Below, in pieces: positions 50,633 through 61,526 of a stretch of DNA of 64,000 nt; position 1 is the stretch's first letter, and the number at the start of each line of letters is the position of its first letter. The stretch lies in the IMG/VR virus record IMGVR_UViG_3300006098_000001. The stretch is one strand, 5' to 3'. The stretch is from a virus. The notes beneath the pieces are model-generated. The model did not search any database, was not told where the DNA came from, and worked only from the letters and a program-made list of their open reading frames with translations. The translations under genes and the position numbers were made by a program.

Positions 50633-51748
50633 GAAACGTATATATTTTGGGAGGATACATATCGTAAGAGTAATGAAGAGATGGACCGTAGAGGAAGAGA
50701 AGTTCCTCAAGGATAATTACGGGAAAATGACATGCCGAGAAATAGGCGATTGTTTGGAGAGATCTGTAGGATCTATAAGAAAACATCTTCCATATTTAGG
50801 CTTAAGGCGATCAAGATACAAATACAGCTTTAATGCTTCGTATTTCAATACAATTGATACGCCAGAAAAAGCATATTGGCTAGGATTCATTGCTGCTGAT
50901 GGATGCATTATAGATACAAGCTCTGAAAAGGGTTCACAGAAGCGTCTTAAAATTGGGTTACAAAAAAGTGATGATGAACACCTTAAAAAATTCAGAGAAT
51001 GTATTAACGGAAATCACCCAATTACATACTATGAATCAGTAAACAAAAAGCGAAATATTTGTTCTGAAGAATGTCAAATCGTTATTTATTCAGCAAGCAT
51101 GGTTGAGGATTTAGAGAGACTTGGATTATATCCAAGAAAAACATATTCTTTGCCATTCCCAACAGAAGAGCAAGTTTCTATAGGACTTATGCCACATTAC
51201 ATTCGAGGTTTTATAGATGGAGATGGAGCTTTTACTTCGCGTATCCGTAATGATCGTAATAGGCGCGTTGCCGAGTTTACAGTTACGGGTGCAGATAAAT
51301 CGTTCTTATTTGCTATGAAACAATTTTTTGAGTCTACGTTAGATGTACGTGTGGGATTATATGGGAAGTCTGATGGTAATTGGCGAATAACATCGTCTGC
51401 CATCTCTGATGTTTTAAAAATATTAGATTACGCATATAAGGCTGAAGGAATTACTTATAATTCAGTACTCAATAGAAAATACCTAAAATATATACGATCA
51501 AGAAAAGAATTTGCCGTCTGTGTTGGCAACAATACAGATAATAAACCCGGAAAAAGCTGGAAGCCTAAACTTGATATAAGCATGGTAATCAGAGCGGAAG
51601 GTCGCGAGAAAGCGAACACGTGCAGAGCATAGATTCTGAAATAATGAATCCACGAGGCCGGGTCATCTCTCAGAGATGAAAAGATATGCCGAGCTTATGA
51701 GAAATCATAAGAAGTAGAGGATAAAAAGCCTTTACGATAACAAAACTG
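50633..51748 (+). mobile_element. intron (probably group I) carrying a LAGLIDADG homing endonuclease; boundaries approximate
   Basis: About 1.1 kb separates the terL Walker A and Walker B exons. The insert ORF is in a different frame and stops occur in the exon frames, so it is not an intein. Confidence 0.6.
50673..51632 (+). CDS. LAGLIDADG homing endonuclease (two-motif, monomeric type)
   Basis: YWLGFIAADGCI and YIRGFIDGDGAF motifs about 100 aa apart. Confidence 0.85.
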   Translation: MKRWTVEEEKFLKDNYGKMTCREIGDCLERSVGSIRKHLPYLGLRRSRYKYSFNASYFNTIDTPEKAYWLGFIAADGCIIDTSSEKGSQKRLKIGLQKSDDEHLKKFRECINGNHPITYYESVNKKRNICSEECQIVIYSASMVEDLERLGLYPRKTYSLPFPTEEQVSIGLMPHYIRGFIDGDGAFTSRIRNDRNRRVAEFTVTGADKSFLFAMKQFFESTLDVRVGLYGKSDGNWRITSSAISDVLKILDYAYKAEGITYNSVLNRKYLKYIRSRKEFAVCVGNNTDNKPGKSWKPKLDISMVIRAEGREKANTCRA

Positions 51749-53218
51749 ACAAGAAGCCAAGCTGCAAATATCATTTCACAAAAGATAGTGGACTTTTACG
51801 ATCAATCAGCAGCAGTTCGATACGAAATAGGTTACAAGAAGGACCATATTAAAACGACGGTCAATGAGGCAAAGGTTGAGTTTAAGAATGGATCGAGGAT
51901 CTTTGCCGCTACATCTGGTGAAAGTGCTCGTGGTTTACGTTGTAATATCTTAATCTGTGACGAATTTCGTCTGATTAAGAAAGAAACATTGGATAAGATT
52001 CTAAAACCGATGCTTAACGTTTACCGCCAGCCACCATATTTATCGAAACCAGAATATAGTCACTTAAAGCGAGAGGAAAACAAACAGATTTACATTTCTT
52101 CTGCTTGGTATAAGTCGCATTGGATATGGGACGAATTCAAGAGCTATTTTAAGAAAATGACCAATTCGGATAAGCGTTATTTCGTTTCAATTCTCCCATA
52201 TCAATTATCGGTTAAGAGCGGATTACTTTCACAGAGTGCGGTTGATGCCGAAAGAACGAGTGACACATTCGATCAAACGAGTTTTGATATGGAATATGAA
52301 ACTATATTTGTTGGTGAAAATGATAAAGCCTACTTCAAGCTTGATCCATTAAACAAGATTAGAACGGTGGGAAAGACGTTTAGACCTCCAACTAATCAAG
52401 AATTCGTTGAAAATCAACATAGATCAAAACCAAGAACGTTGTCGAATTTCAAACGTGTCGATAAAGTAAATGAAATTAGAATAGTAGCCCTTGATATTGC
52501 CTTAATGGGTGGAAATAAGCTCGTTAAGAACGATACATCAGCATTTACGTTGATGAGGTTAATTCGTGAGGGTGATGAATATAAGCGCCAGGTTGTCTAT
52601 TTGGAAAGTATTCAAGAGTCAATTTCTTCGGAGAACTTAGCTATTCGTTTAAAACAACTATATTACGACTTTGAAGCCGATTATGTAGTTATGGATGCGA
52701 ATGGTAATGGGTTAGGAGTATTTGATGCTTGTACAACCGTCCTTACAGATAAAGATCGTGATATAGAATATCCAGCCTGGGCTTGTATCAATGATGACGA
52801 AACAAACGATAGAACAAAAACTAAGGGAATTAAATGTGTATATACGGTTAAGGCAAATGCGGCTTTCAACCACGAAATTGCAGTTTCCCTAAAGAATGTC
52901 ATTGAATCTGGAAAACTCAGATTACCTATGAATGACATTCAAAAGCGCGAAGAATTACAGGAAGATAAGGAATATCGAAAGTTGCCGGCCGAAGAACAAA
53001 TTAAGGTCTTATATCCATATGTTCAAGCGACTGCATTGGTCAACGAGTTGGTAAACCTTGAATATACCGTTAGAACTGGATATATCAAGATTTACGAAGT
53101 CGGAACCACAACAAAAGATAGGTATAGTTCGATCGCCTACTGTAATTATTACGCGAATGAATTAGAAAAAGATTTAAAAGAAGAAGCAGCTGACAATTTT
53201 AGCTACTTTATGATCTAA
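51749..53218 (+). CDS. terL: terminase large subunit, exon 2 (5' boundary approximate)
   Basis: Frame open from 51725. ...QAANIISQKI..., Walker B LRCNILICDEF, C-terminal nuclease-like region. Confidence 0.75.
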   Translation, partial: TRSQAANIISQKIVDFYDQSAAVRYEIGYKKDHIKTTVNEAKVEFKNGSRIFAATSGESARGLRCNILICDEFRLIKKETLDKILKPMLNVYRQPPYLSKPEYSHLKREENKQIYISSAWYKSHWIWDEFKSYFKKMTNSDKRYFVSILPYQLSVKSGLLSQSAVDAERTSDTFDQTSFDMEYETIFVGENDKAYFKLDPLNKIRTVGKTFRPPTNQEFVENQHRSKPRTLSNFKRVDKVNEIRIVALDIALMGGNKLVKNDTSAFTLMRLIREGDEYKRQVVYLESIQESISSENLAIRLKQLYYDFEADYVVMDANGNGLGVFDACTTVLTDKDRDIEYPAWACINDDETNDRTKTKGIKCVYTVKANAAFNHEIAVSLKNVIESGKLRLPMNDIQKREELQEDKEYRKLPAEEQIKVLYPYVQATALVNELVNLEYTVRTGYIKIYEVGTTTKDRYSSIAYCNYYANELEKDLKEEAADNFSYFMI

Positions 53219-53233
53219 ATAGGCGGTGGAGTT

Positions 53234-54799
53234 TTGGCGAATAGACGCAGAAATATGCGAGGAAAACGACGCACCTATGAGCGAAATATAGCAGCTATCC
53301 GTAGAAGAAATGCTGAATATGCTTCTGTTTTAGCTGATCCAAAAAGTCGGTTTAAGCCAAGTACAAGTGCAGCGACCGAAAAAAGTAATATTAAGAGCTA
53401 CTTACAGAGACCTGCTGATAACTTTGCACAAATAGCGGCAACCTTACGGCAGGCATATTTAAACAGCGGAATTGTAAGCGGTGTCATAGACTATTACGTT
53501 GCTCATCCAACATATAATTATTCAATTTATCCTGTCTTGGGTAATAAGCAATATGCCATTGGTGGCAACATGCAAGAAGATTATATCGATGTGGCATATC
53601 AATTAAATTTATTGAATATAAATTATTGGGCACCAAAATTCTTTAAGGATACCTTGCTAGATGGGGTTACCTTTTATATCAAGATCGAAGATTCTACTGG
53701 AATAGCATATATGAAGCTCCCTCCTGAGTGGTGTCGTATTTCTAATTTAGAAAATGGAGTATATCGATTTAGAATCGACATTTCTAAATTAAAGCAAGAA
53801 CAATACGATGAACTACCTAATGAACTTCAGCAAGCTTACGACAAATATCATGGGAGCGGCATAAGCGACGATGACCAAGATTGGTATGACCGTAAATGGT
53901 ACCTGGTATCAGACGACGGTGTTGCTTTTACTTTTGACCATAATGCTATCAACAATGGTGGAACGGCGGTTTCTCCATTCGCAAGCGTATTGGCAGATAG
54001 TCTTTCCCTAGACGCTGCTAAAGACAATATTGATATAAAAGATAAGCTCGATACAGTACGACTAATTCATTCAAAAATACCAACTGACAGTAATGGGACA
54101 CCATCGTTAGATTTAAAGACAGCTCGTAATTTTGATGATCAAATGAGGTCAAGATTACCAGAAGGTGTTGTTGCTATTACTAGTCCTTCTTCATTGGACA
54201 ACATTCCTTTGAAAGGATCGGGTAATGAAGGAATTTACGATACTGTAAACAATGGATTAGAACAATTATTTTATGACCTGGGTATCAGCTCATCATTATT
54301 TGGTGGGAAAACTACGAGTTCTAACATCGTAAAAGAATCCGTTAAAAAGGACTCCAATTGGATTTATACAAACTTATTTCCGATGTTGGAAGCTTATTAC
54401 AACTTTGAACTTAGCCAGGTAAAAACGAAAAGTAAGATTCCGTGGAACTTGAAGTTCATTAGGGAATCAAACTTCACCTTAAAAGAAGATATTGCTAATT
54501 ATAAAGATCAACTTAGCTACGGTGGTTCAAGACTTGATTATTTGGCTTCTGTTGGATTTACACCAGATCAAATAATCTCTCAATTAACCTTTGAGCAACA
54601 AGCGCTTGATATTGATTCAATTATGGTTGTTAAGCCAACGTCAAATACCATATCAAGCAAAGAAGCCTCGACAGGTAGTGGGAAGACAATAGTTAAATCA
54701 CCTAATAGCAATATAAATAATCCAAATAAAGGCAACGTAGGACGACCAGAAACGGATAATCCAACTGATGACACTGATCGTTTGAGTGATGCCGCATAG
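53234..54799 (+). CDS. portal protein (by position and size)
   Basis: 521 aa directly after terL. Confidence 0.55.
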   Translation: MANRRRNMRGKRRTYERNIAAIRRRNAEYASVLADPKSRFKPSTSAATEKSNIKSYLQRPADNFAQIAATLRQAYLNSGIVSGVIDYYVAHPTYNYSIYPVLGNKQYAIGGNMQEDYIDVAYQLNLLNINYWAPKFFKDTLLDGVTFYIKIEDSTGIAYMKLPPEWCRISNLENGVYRFRIDISKLKQEQYDELPNELQQAYDKYHGSGISDDDQDWYDRKWYLVSDDGVAFTFDHNAINNGGTAVSPFASVLADSLSLDAAKDNIDIKDKLDTVRLIHSKIPTDSNGTPSLDLKTARNFDDQMRSRLPEGVVAITSPSSLDNIPLKGSGNEGIYDTVNNGLEQLFYDLGISSSLFGGKTTSSNIVKESVKKDSNWIYTNLFPMLEAYYNFELSQVKTKSKIPWNLKFIRESNFTLKEDIANYKDQLSYGGSRLDYLASVGFTPDQIISQLTFEQQALDIDSIMVVKPTSNTISSKEASTGSGKTIVKSPNSNINNPNKGNVGRPETDNPTDDTDRLSDAA

Positions 54800-54812
54800 G
54801 TGAGGTTAAAAA

Positions 54813-56474
54813 ATGATTGATGTAACTACGGTAAATCTACCGACTCACTTTGAAGAAATTGAGAGTTGTAATGATTCGAGATTTCAAAAGGTGAAAATTT
54901 ATATCGCTCATACCGGAGAGAACTTAAATAAATCGATTTTCTCACGAGAAGTTCTTGAAAATATGATCCCATCTCTTTCACATATTCCAATTTTAGGACT
55001 GATCAGTGAAAAAGATAACGGTGATAAAGATTTTAGAGGTCATGAGAAGAACCTATCGTTGGAAGATGGAAAATTCAAAATTAAGTTTAATACTCATGCG
55101 TATGGGTTTGTTCCAGAAGATAACAACGCTCATTTCGAGATAACTGGCGGTAAAGAATGGCTAGTTACTGATGGTTATCTTTGGACAAGATTTATTGATG
55201 CCATGGAACTCTTCAATGATGCAAGTGGTTCTAAAGGACAGTCAATGGAAGTGGGAGACGTTGAAGGTTATACAGATAATCGAGGAAGATTAGTATTTAC
55301 CAATGCTGTATTTACTGGATTATGTATTCTTGGTGACGATGTACCGCCTGCAATGACTGGCTCAACGGTATCAACAGTATTTAGTAAGCAAGACTTTAAG
55401 TCGAGTTTTGAAGAAATGTTAGCCGAATTCACGGCTGAGAAAGGAGAAAAAGCTTTGGCAACTAAGAAAAAGCAAAATGATGAACCAGCAGTAGCAACAA
55501 CGATTACAGAACCAGAAAGTTCTGCAAGTACTGAACCGGCTAAACCAGCTACGCCTGCCTCATCAGCTAATACCAGTAGCGCTTCTAAACCAGCCGCAGA
55601 ACCTGCAAAAGCAGATGACAAGACAAAGGCTAGTCCTGCTTCACCAGACAGCTCTACATCTGATGATAAGCCATCAACAAGTGATACAAGTGCCGGACCA
55701 GCAAGTGGTGAAAGCAGTGATTCAACTGATGAAAATGCTGAGATGTCTAGTAAGAAGGACGACAAAGATACTAATTTTTTAAACAAAAATGAAAGCGCTT
55801 TCAAAAAGGATGAAGAGGAAGACGAACCCGACTCCGAGGATGCGGAAGATGACAAGGAAGACAAGAATAGGTTCTCCCAATTCGAACTCAGTCTTTCAGA
55901 TCGGGAACGCGCATTGAGCGACGCCGTTCGCCAAAGATACGAAGACGACATTGTTGTAGAAGGAGTTTGGCCGGTAGATATCTTTGAAGATTACGGAATT
56001 TTCAAATTCGTTAACTGGTCTAACGACAACAGACAACTGTTCCGCATCGCATACAGCGTTAATACTGATGACTCAATCAAATTAGGTGATAAAACAGAGA
56101 TTTTCTCAATGTATGTCACTCAAGAAGAGAAAAACAAGATTGAGGACAATCGGGCGAAATTAGCTGATTTAGAAACTAAGATCGCTGAACTTACTGAGTA
56201 CAAGAACAACATTGAAATGTCTAAGAAAGAGAAGGCATTGGACGAGGTTAAGGCTTCATTAACAGCTGAACAAATGAAGAATATCCGGGGCAAGTTTACA
56301 GAAATGTCTGTAGAAGACGTTGAACGAGAAATTGCCTACGCGATGTACTCAGCTAATAAACAAGAATTTACACACTCCAAGCGTGGAGGGGTTCGGACCA
56401 CGAATTTCAACGCTAAGCAAGAGAGTGATTTTGGCTATGGAACGGCAGATGACCTGTTCCGTAAACGATATTAA
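54813..56474 (+). CDS. scaffold-like protein (possible protease-scaffold fusion) with a long Pro/Ala/Ser/Asp disordered linker and C-terminal coiled coil
   Basis: Sits between portal and capsid. Low-complexity segment at aa 220-350. Heptad-like C-terminus. Confidence 0.4.
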   Translation: MIDVTTVNLPTHFEEIESCNDSRFQKVKIYIAHTGENLNKSIFSREVLENMIPSLSHIPILGLISEKDNGDKDFRGHEKNLSLEDGKFKIKFNTHAYGFVPEDNNAHFEITGGKEWLVTDGYLWTRFIDAMELFNDASGSKGQSMEVGDVEGYTDNRGRLVFTNAVFTGLCILGDDVPPAMTGSTVSTVFSKQDFKSSFEEMLAEFTAEKGEKALATKKKQNDEPAVATTITEPESSASTEPAKPATPASSANTSSASKPAAEPAKADDKTKASPASPDSSTSDDKPSTSDTSAGPASGESSDSTDENAEMSSKKDDKDTNFLNKNESAFKKDEEEDEPDSEDAEDDKEDKNRFSQFELSLSDRERALSDAVRQRYEDDIVVEGVWPVDIFEDYGIFKFVNWSNDNRQLFRIAYSVNTDDSIKLGDKTEIFSMYVTQEEKNKIEDNRAKLADLETKIAELTEYKNNIEMSKKEKALDEVKASLTAEQMKNIRGKFTEMSVEDVEREIAYAMYSANKQEFTHSKRGGVRTTNFNAKQESDFGYGTADDLFRKRY

Positions 56475-56499
56475 TCAAATGAGAGAAAGAGGTTAAAGA

Positions 56500-56940
56500 A
56501 TGGCTGAAGTTATTTTAGACAAGATTAGTGCTACTGCGCATATTGATAGCGTTGTGGCCGAAGAAGATCTAAAGAACGGTCAATGGTTAACTTTGGGCCT
56601 TCTTGATGCAGACGGTGAACGTCGTTTAGCAACAAAGGCAGCAAAGGAAGAAGAAGCAGATGTACTTCTTGTAACTAGTTTTACTAAGTATGACCCTAAC
56701 ACAGATTTCGCAGATTACGTAACTAAGAGAGGTCAAACAGGACGTGGATTCCACATGATTTCTGGTGACGTTATCTCTGTAACTAAGGATTTAGTTGCTG
56801 GAGCTAAGAAGGGTGACAGCCTAACCATTGGTGACGATGGATTAGGTTTCAAGAAGGCAGAAGGTCGCGGTATCGCTCAAATTATTGGCGAAGAAAATCA
56901 AGGCTTTTACGGCGACATGTTTGTGATCGCAATTCGCTAA
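56500..56940 (+). CDS. head-associated protein (decoration/auxiliary; by position)
   Basis: 146 aa immediately upstream of the capsid gene. Confidence 0.3.
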   Translation: MAEVILDKISATAHIDSVVAEEDLKNGQWLTLGLLDADGERRLATKAAKEEEADVLLVTSFTKYDPNTDFADYVTKRGQTGRGFHMISGDVISVTKDLVAGAKKGDSLTIGDDGLGFKKAEGRGIAQIIGEENQGFYGDMFVIAIR

Positions 56941-56960
56941 TAAGGAAACGAGGTAAATTA

Positions 56961-57944
56961 ATGGAAAAGAATGATTTTATGAAATTTGCTCGCGACCTCT
57001 ACTTCCACAAGGAATTTACAAAAGGCGAAGTTTCAGGTCAAGAAGCAATGCGTAACGCTATTTTAGATGCTCTTGGTGGCGAATTTACCCCAACTTCATG
57101 GGGCAAGAATAAATACGATGTTTTCGAATTGATTTCAGAAGCAGTTGATGCTGTTGTTCCACGTTTGTTAACTGATCAATTTGCAAACATTGCCGATGTT
57201 CGGACAGTTGCACTTGGTGAAAAACCAATTTTCCAAGTGAAAGATCCAAAGGCTATTCGAGTTGGTCGTGTAGCTGCTGGTGACCAAGACATTCGTCGGC
57301 AAACAATTAAGGATACTCATTACTCAATTGAAACAGAAGACTTTGGTGCATCTGTATATACAGAACTTCATCAATTCATGACTGGAACAGTTGATTGGAG
57401 CGACTTAATTGATCGGGTTGCGCAAGCTTTTACCAACCACATTCAAGCAACTATTGCAGAAGCCTTAAATGATAGTTACTCATTGCTTGACGCAACTGAC
57501 AAGATTACTGGTAAAGCAACTCTTGATCAAATTGTTAAGTTAGCAGAACGAATTCAAGTTAAGTCTAACAGTAATGTAGAAGTTTACGGCACTAAGGCTG
57601 CTTTAAGTAAATTAGCAGAAATGGCTAATGTGAACCTTTACTCAGGATCAATGAAAGATGAATTAAATCAAAAGGGCTACCTAGGTGTTGTGCGTGGCTT
57701 GAAGTTAAATGAAATTCCACAGGCATTTAAGGTTAATAAAGATGAGTTTGCCCTTGACGACAACAAGCTTTTGATCCTTCCAGAAGGTGAAAAGATTGTT
57801 GGTGTAGTCATGGAAGGTGACGCTATTACAGTTGAACCAGATTACACAGGACGTAATGATTTACAAATGGGCTTTAAGACGATCGAACGGATTGGAATTA
57901 TGGCTCTTCAAATGAAAGTGTACGGTATGGCCGACTTAGGCTAA
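56961..57944 (+). CDS. major capsid protein (by position and size)
   Basis: 327 aa after the scaffold-like gene; strong RBS. Confidence 0.55.
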   Translation: MEKNDFMKFARDLYFHKEFTKGEVSGQEAMRNAILDALGGEFTPTSWGKNKYDVFELISEAVDAVVPRLLTDQFANIADVRTVALGEKPIFQVKDPKAIRVGRVAAGDQDIRRQTIKDTHYSIETEDFGASVYTELHQFMTGTVDWSDLIDRVAQAFTNHIQATIAEALNDSYSLLDATDKITGKATLDQIVKLAERIQVKSNSNVEVYGTKAALSKLAEMANVNLYSGSMKDELNQKGYLGVVRGLKLNEIPQAFKVNKDEFALDDNKLLILPEGEKIVGVVMEGDAITVEPDYTGRNDLQMGFKTIERIGIMALQMKVYGMADLG

Positions 57945-57950
57945 TCGTTT

Positions 57951-57981
57951 AGCTGAATGGGGTTCGACTCCCTATTTAGTT
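57951..57981 (+). other. T-loop (TTCGACT) minihelix-like hairpin directly after the capsid gene
   Basis: AGCTGAATGGGG/TTCGACT/CCCTATTTAGTT; 12 pairs including G:U. Confidence 0.55.
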
Positions 57982-58014
57982 GTAGTGACTAAGTACGAGA
58001 GAGAGGTTTTGAGA

Positions 58015-58578
58015 ATGTCACGTGAACAAAAGCGCCGGAAGCGCAAAATTATTGACCCCTCAACCGAAATAGTAGTGGCAAATAATACATATGGAATATT
58101 TGCTTATGAATCAAATAATGGGGCCCTTTCTTTTGTTTTGGAAGAAAACGGTGATGAAGAATATATCACATATGCCGAAGCAAGAAAGTTAAAGAAATAC
58201 TTTGAAAATATGTCTTTATTAATAATTGACGTCAACTCCGAGGAAGACATTTCAATTATGGATGTAGTTCGTGGATTGAGATTAACTGATGTTTATAAAT
58301 CATATCTTGAGCTAGTTGAAGGTTTCGAAGAAGACGAGTTTGACGAAGTAGAAGCGTTATATGCAGAGGCATTAGCAGATTTCTGCTTAGACTCTGAACT
58401 TGACGACTTCAAGAAGGCATTAAAAACACCTTTAAGAAACGCAGTTATTATGACGACTGTTGAAATGTATAAGCAACGGCGGTTATCTGATCGTGATAAA
58501 CAAGACCTTGTAAATACCAGAGGTGAAGACTTCTGGGCCGATATTGATGTATCGGTTCGTGCAGCAGAAGGTCGCTAA
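58015..58578 (+). CDS. hypothetical head/connector-region protein
   Basis: ORF track; start moved to the ATG with a GAGAGAGAGG RBS. Confidence 0.5.
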   Translation: MSREQKRRKRKIIDPSTEIVVANNTYGIFAYESNNGALSFVLEENGDEEYITYAEARKLKKYFENMSLLIIDVNSEEDISIMDVVRGLRLTDVYKSYLELVEGFEEDEFDEVEALYAEALADFCLDSELDDFKKALKTPLRNAVIMTTVEMYKQRRLSDRDKQDLVNTRGEDFWADIDVSVRAAEGR

Positions 58579-58603
58579 ATCTTGTTTGGAAGGGGAATCT
58601 TTC

Positions 58604-59062
58604 ATGGCAAATGAGAGCAATGACCCGAAATATACATATTATGAAGAAGTCTATAAGGCGTTCTTGAATACTGTTGATTCATATGATCTTCCACGATTGG
58701 ATGATGATGAATTGGCAGATGTCCTTTACGGGTATATGGACGCGGGTCGTTTGATGTTTAGCACTTATATTGCTAAAGATTTCATGGATGATGACCCAGA
58801 AAATAAGCGTTTCAACTTTAAGATGACCAGGATTGAGATCACTCTTTTAGCCCAAGCAATGAAACTTGAATGGGTTAGGGAACACTTGAATTCCGAAGAA
58901 TTGATGAGAAAAGCAATCGGTGACCGAGATTACACAACAGTGCAAGGTTATCAGTATATCGACAGATTGCAAAATATGGAAAAGCAATTGAGCCGTGAAA
59001 TTACTGCGCAAATCAATCGTTTGGAATATTCAAATTCAGAGCTCTATGGAGAAATGAAATGA
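58604..59062 (+). CDS. hypothetical head-tail joining region protein
   Basis: ORF track; start moved to MANESND (GGAAGGGG RBS). Confidence 0.5.
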   Translation: MANESNDPKYTYYEEVYKAFLNTVDSYDLPRLDDDELADVLYGYMDAGRLMFSTYIAKDFMDDDPENKRFNFKMTRIEITLLAQAMKLEWVREHLNSEELMRKAIGDRDYTTVQGYQYIDRLQNMEKQLSREITAQINRLEYSNSELYGEMK

Positions 59063-60120
59063 GTAGTTTTTCAACATCTTATCGTAGAAAACAAAAAGTC
59101 CTCGGAGATAACAGGGTTACAAGAAATTATAACCGTCGACTTGAGGAATTTAATTTGTTCTATCGGGATACGTTGACAAGGCATGATTGTGTAATTGATG
59201 GTGTCCCAACGCAGGCGGTCTTTCAAGATCATTCACAAAGTAACAATAAAGATTTGTCTGATGACAAGTACGTTGTTGTCCCAAATTCAGTTGAAGTTGG
59301 TGTGGGCTCATATATTGAATGGGCGGACGAAACATGGATGGTTTTTACAGAAGAATATAAGACCATTCCCACCCATCAACAATTAAAGATAAAGCATACG
59401 AATAGACGGCTTAAGTGGTTGACGAACAAGAACAGTAAGCTGATTTGCAACTTTGGGAAAGGTTGGCCTGCTTATGTACAGAACCAGACGCTTTATACAT
59501 TAGGGGTGTCATTCGCAGGACAAAATATCGCATTAGCGAATGCAAAGATGTCTGTCTATATCAAAGATATTCCTGAAACGCGTGCAGTTAAGGTTGGGAC
59601 CAGATTATGGATAGCTGGGCAAGTCTATAAGGTTGAATTCGCTGACTACGTATCAAGACCGGGATTAGTTAACTGGTTATTAGACGAAGATACAAAGAAT
59701 CCGGAAACCGATAATTCTGACTTAGAAATAGCTGATTATTGGAATTCTGGAGGTAAAGACGAAGATGATTCCATAAAAGACGTATCTAAGTCGACTGTGC
59801 CTACAAACGGCTCTGGCAGCAGCCATTCTGAGGACGAAAAGCCGAAAGCTGAATGGAACATCGAAGGAACAATTAAAGCTCGCCTAGGGCATACCTATGT
59901 CTATACAGCGATGAATTCTGATGGAACTAAGGCAGATGTCTCCGAATGGATGATTGGAACCCTTGAAGACTCTCCATTTTATGTAAAAGAAAAAGATAAT
60001 CATAGCATTACTGTGACCGTGAAAGACATCTATAAGCTAGTTGGACAAACAGTAACAATCACAGCAAAAGCCAATGACGAAATAAAAAATATTGCAATAA
60101 AAATTATAAAGAAGTTCTAG
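59059..60120 (+). CDS. structural protein (unknown role)
   Basis: ORF track; 4-nt overlap coupling. Confidence 0.55.
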   Translation: MSSFSTSYRRKQKVLGDNRVTRNYNRRLEEFNLFYRDTLTRHDCVIDGVPTQAVFQDHSQSNNKDLSDDKYVVVPNSVEVGVGSYIEWADETWMVFTEEYKTIPTHQQLKIKHTNRRLKWLTNKNSKLICNFGKGWPAYVQNQTLYTLGVSFAGQNIALANAKMSVYIKDIPETRAVKVGTRLWIAGQVYKVEFADYVSRPGLVNWLLDEDTKNPETDNSDLEIADYWNSGGKDEDDSIKDVSKSTVPTNGSGSSHSEDEKPKAEWNIEGTIKARLGHTYVYTAMNSDGTKADVSEWMIGTLEDSPFYVKEKDNHSITVTVKDIYKLVGQTVTITAKANDEIKNIAIKIIKKF

Positions 60121-60123
60121 GGA

Positions 60124-60687
60124 GTGAATGAGAGAGTGCCCGCAAAGGAAATTACAAATGAGGCTCCAAAACATGTGTCTTCAGTTATGAAGATTAGTGA
60201 GTGGAAACAGCAAATGATGGAAACAATGGCAATGGATGATGATTTAGCAAAATTACTTTATTATGACTCATCTGATGCATTAAGCCGTCCTGATTTAACC
60301 GAGGAGCAAAAATATGAACTGGTAACAGAGGGAGAAGAAAAGCGTCGGATTTATCCAACAAGATATAAGCCTGGGGTCGTTATGGACCAGCAATCATTTA
60401 TTGGTATGGCAATTTCTAATTTCTCATTTCCAGAAATTCATTATCACGTAGATAGTGATTTCGTGATGGGGTACTTATACTTCTTTATCCTTGTTGATAA
60501 CAAAATTATGGATATCGATGAAGGACAAAGGCAAGATCAAATACTCGCTAGAATTTATGACTTATTCTCCGATTCTAGAAGATACGGAATCGGGACTGTA
60601 AAAATTGGCCAACTTTCCGAATTATGGGAGCAAAACAATAAGTTTGGCGGCTACCAACTAATGATGAGAGTATACGACTTTAAGTAA
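60124..60687 (+). CDS. structural protein (unknown role)
   Basis: ORF track. Confidence 0.55.
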   Translation: MNERVPAKEITNEAPKHVSSVMKISEWKQQMMETMAMDDDLAKLLYYDSSDALSRPDLTEEQKYELVTEGEEKRRIYPTRYKPGVVMDQQSFIGMAISNFSFPEIHYHVDSDFVMGYLYFFILVDNKIMDIDEGQRQDQILARIYDLFSDSRRYGIGTVKIGQLSELWEQNNKFGGYQLMMRVYDFK

Positions 60688-60699
60688 AGGACGTCTGCT

Positions 60700-61503
60700 A
60701 TGAGAATTAACTATTCTTACGTGATTCTCGGGAAAGATATACCCATAAACGATAAGGTAACTTTTCATATTCCCACAATTGGCGAACTAGCAGAAGCAGA
60801 AAACAATGACTTTAGTGATTGTACTCGTGTTTTTGTAACAGGGGTTCGGGAACAATTTAGTGGTGTTCCTGAGCAGGTTGATCTGATAGAAGAAAGATTC
60901 CCGTCTCTATGGGATATGGCTTTTGACGATGAAATGAATGACCTTGTTGGAGAGGCCATGTTTGGTAAGGGCGCTACTTTATTACGACAATTTTTGAAAG
61001 CGATTTCGTACTGGACTAGGACGAAAGAAGAACAGTACAAAATCCTGAGTAATAAAAAGATCGTAAGCGAAGAACTGGATTGGATTATCGACAGGGAAAC
61101 ATACATTGACCTATCCAACCTAATCAAAGCAGTTACTTTGTCAAAGCCCAATAGGGATTTGATTGCACCCAAGGGTGTGGGAAGTAATCCGAGAAAGATT
61201 CAAATGTGGAAAAACACATACAAAGGTCGATTACAACAAGCCATGAAAAGAAAAGGAACGGAATTAGGAGATCAAATCCTTCAGCTAGAAGTATTTGCGC
61301 CTGGATACATTAGCTTTGCTGATATTCAAGGTATGACCTACTACCAGTTTTCAAATCTTTTATCTGCTTACACCGCTAAGTATTCATCAGAAAAACAGTA
61401 TCAGATTTACACATCAGAAAAGTTCGATACGAAAGATATGAAGATGCCTGATCTAAACGAAGAAATAAAACTAATCAAATTTGATGAAAAAAATAAAGAC
61501 TAA
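60700..61503 (+). CDS. structural protein (unknown role)
   Basis: ORF track. Confidence 0.55.
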   Translation: MRINYSYVILGKDIPINDKVTFHIPTIGELAEAENNDFSDCTRVFVTGVREQFSGVPEQVDLIEERFPSLWDMAFDDEMNDLVGEAMFGKGATLLRQFLKAISYWTRTKEEQYKILSNKKIVSEELDWIIDRETYIDLSNLIKAVTLSKPNRDLIAPKGVGSNPRKIQMWKNTYKGRLQQAMKRKGTELGDQILQLEVFAPGYISFADIQGMTYYQFSNLLSAYTAKYSSEKQYQIYTSEKFDTKDMKMPDLNEEIKLIKFDEKNKD

Positions 61504-61526
61504 ATACGAAAGGAGACATTGATTAT

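Noticed and set aside
50633-51748. Intein in the terminase large subunit
   Set aside because: The LAGLIDADG ORF is in a different frame from exon 1. Stop codons interrupt both exon frames at the borders, so protein splicing cannot join the halves. An intron fits better.
55268-55951. 227-aa minus-strand ORF
   Set aside because: It is an antisense shadow of the Pro/Ala/Ser/Asp low-complexity linker of the scaffold-like gene.
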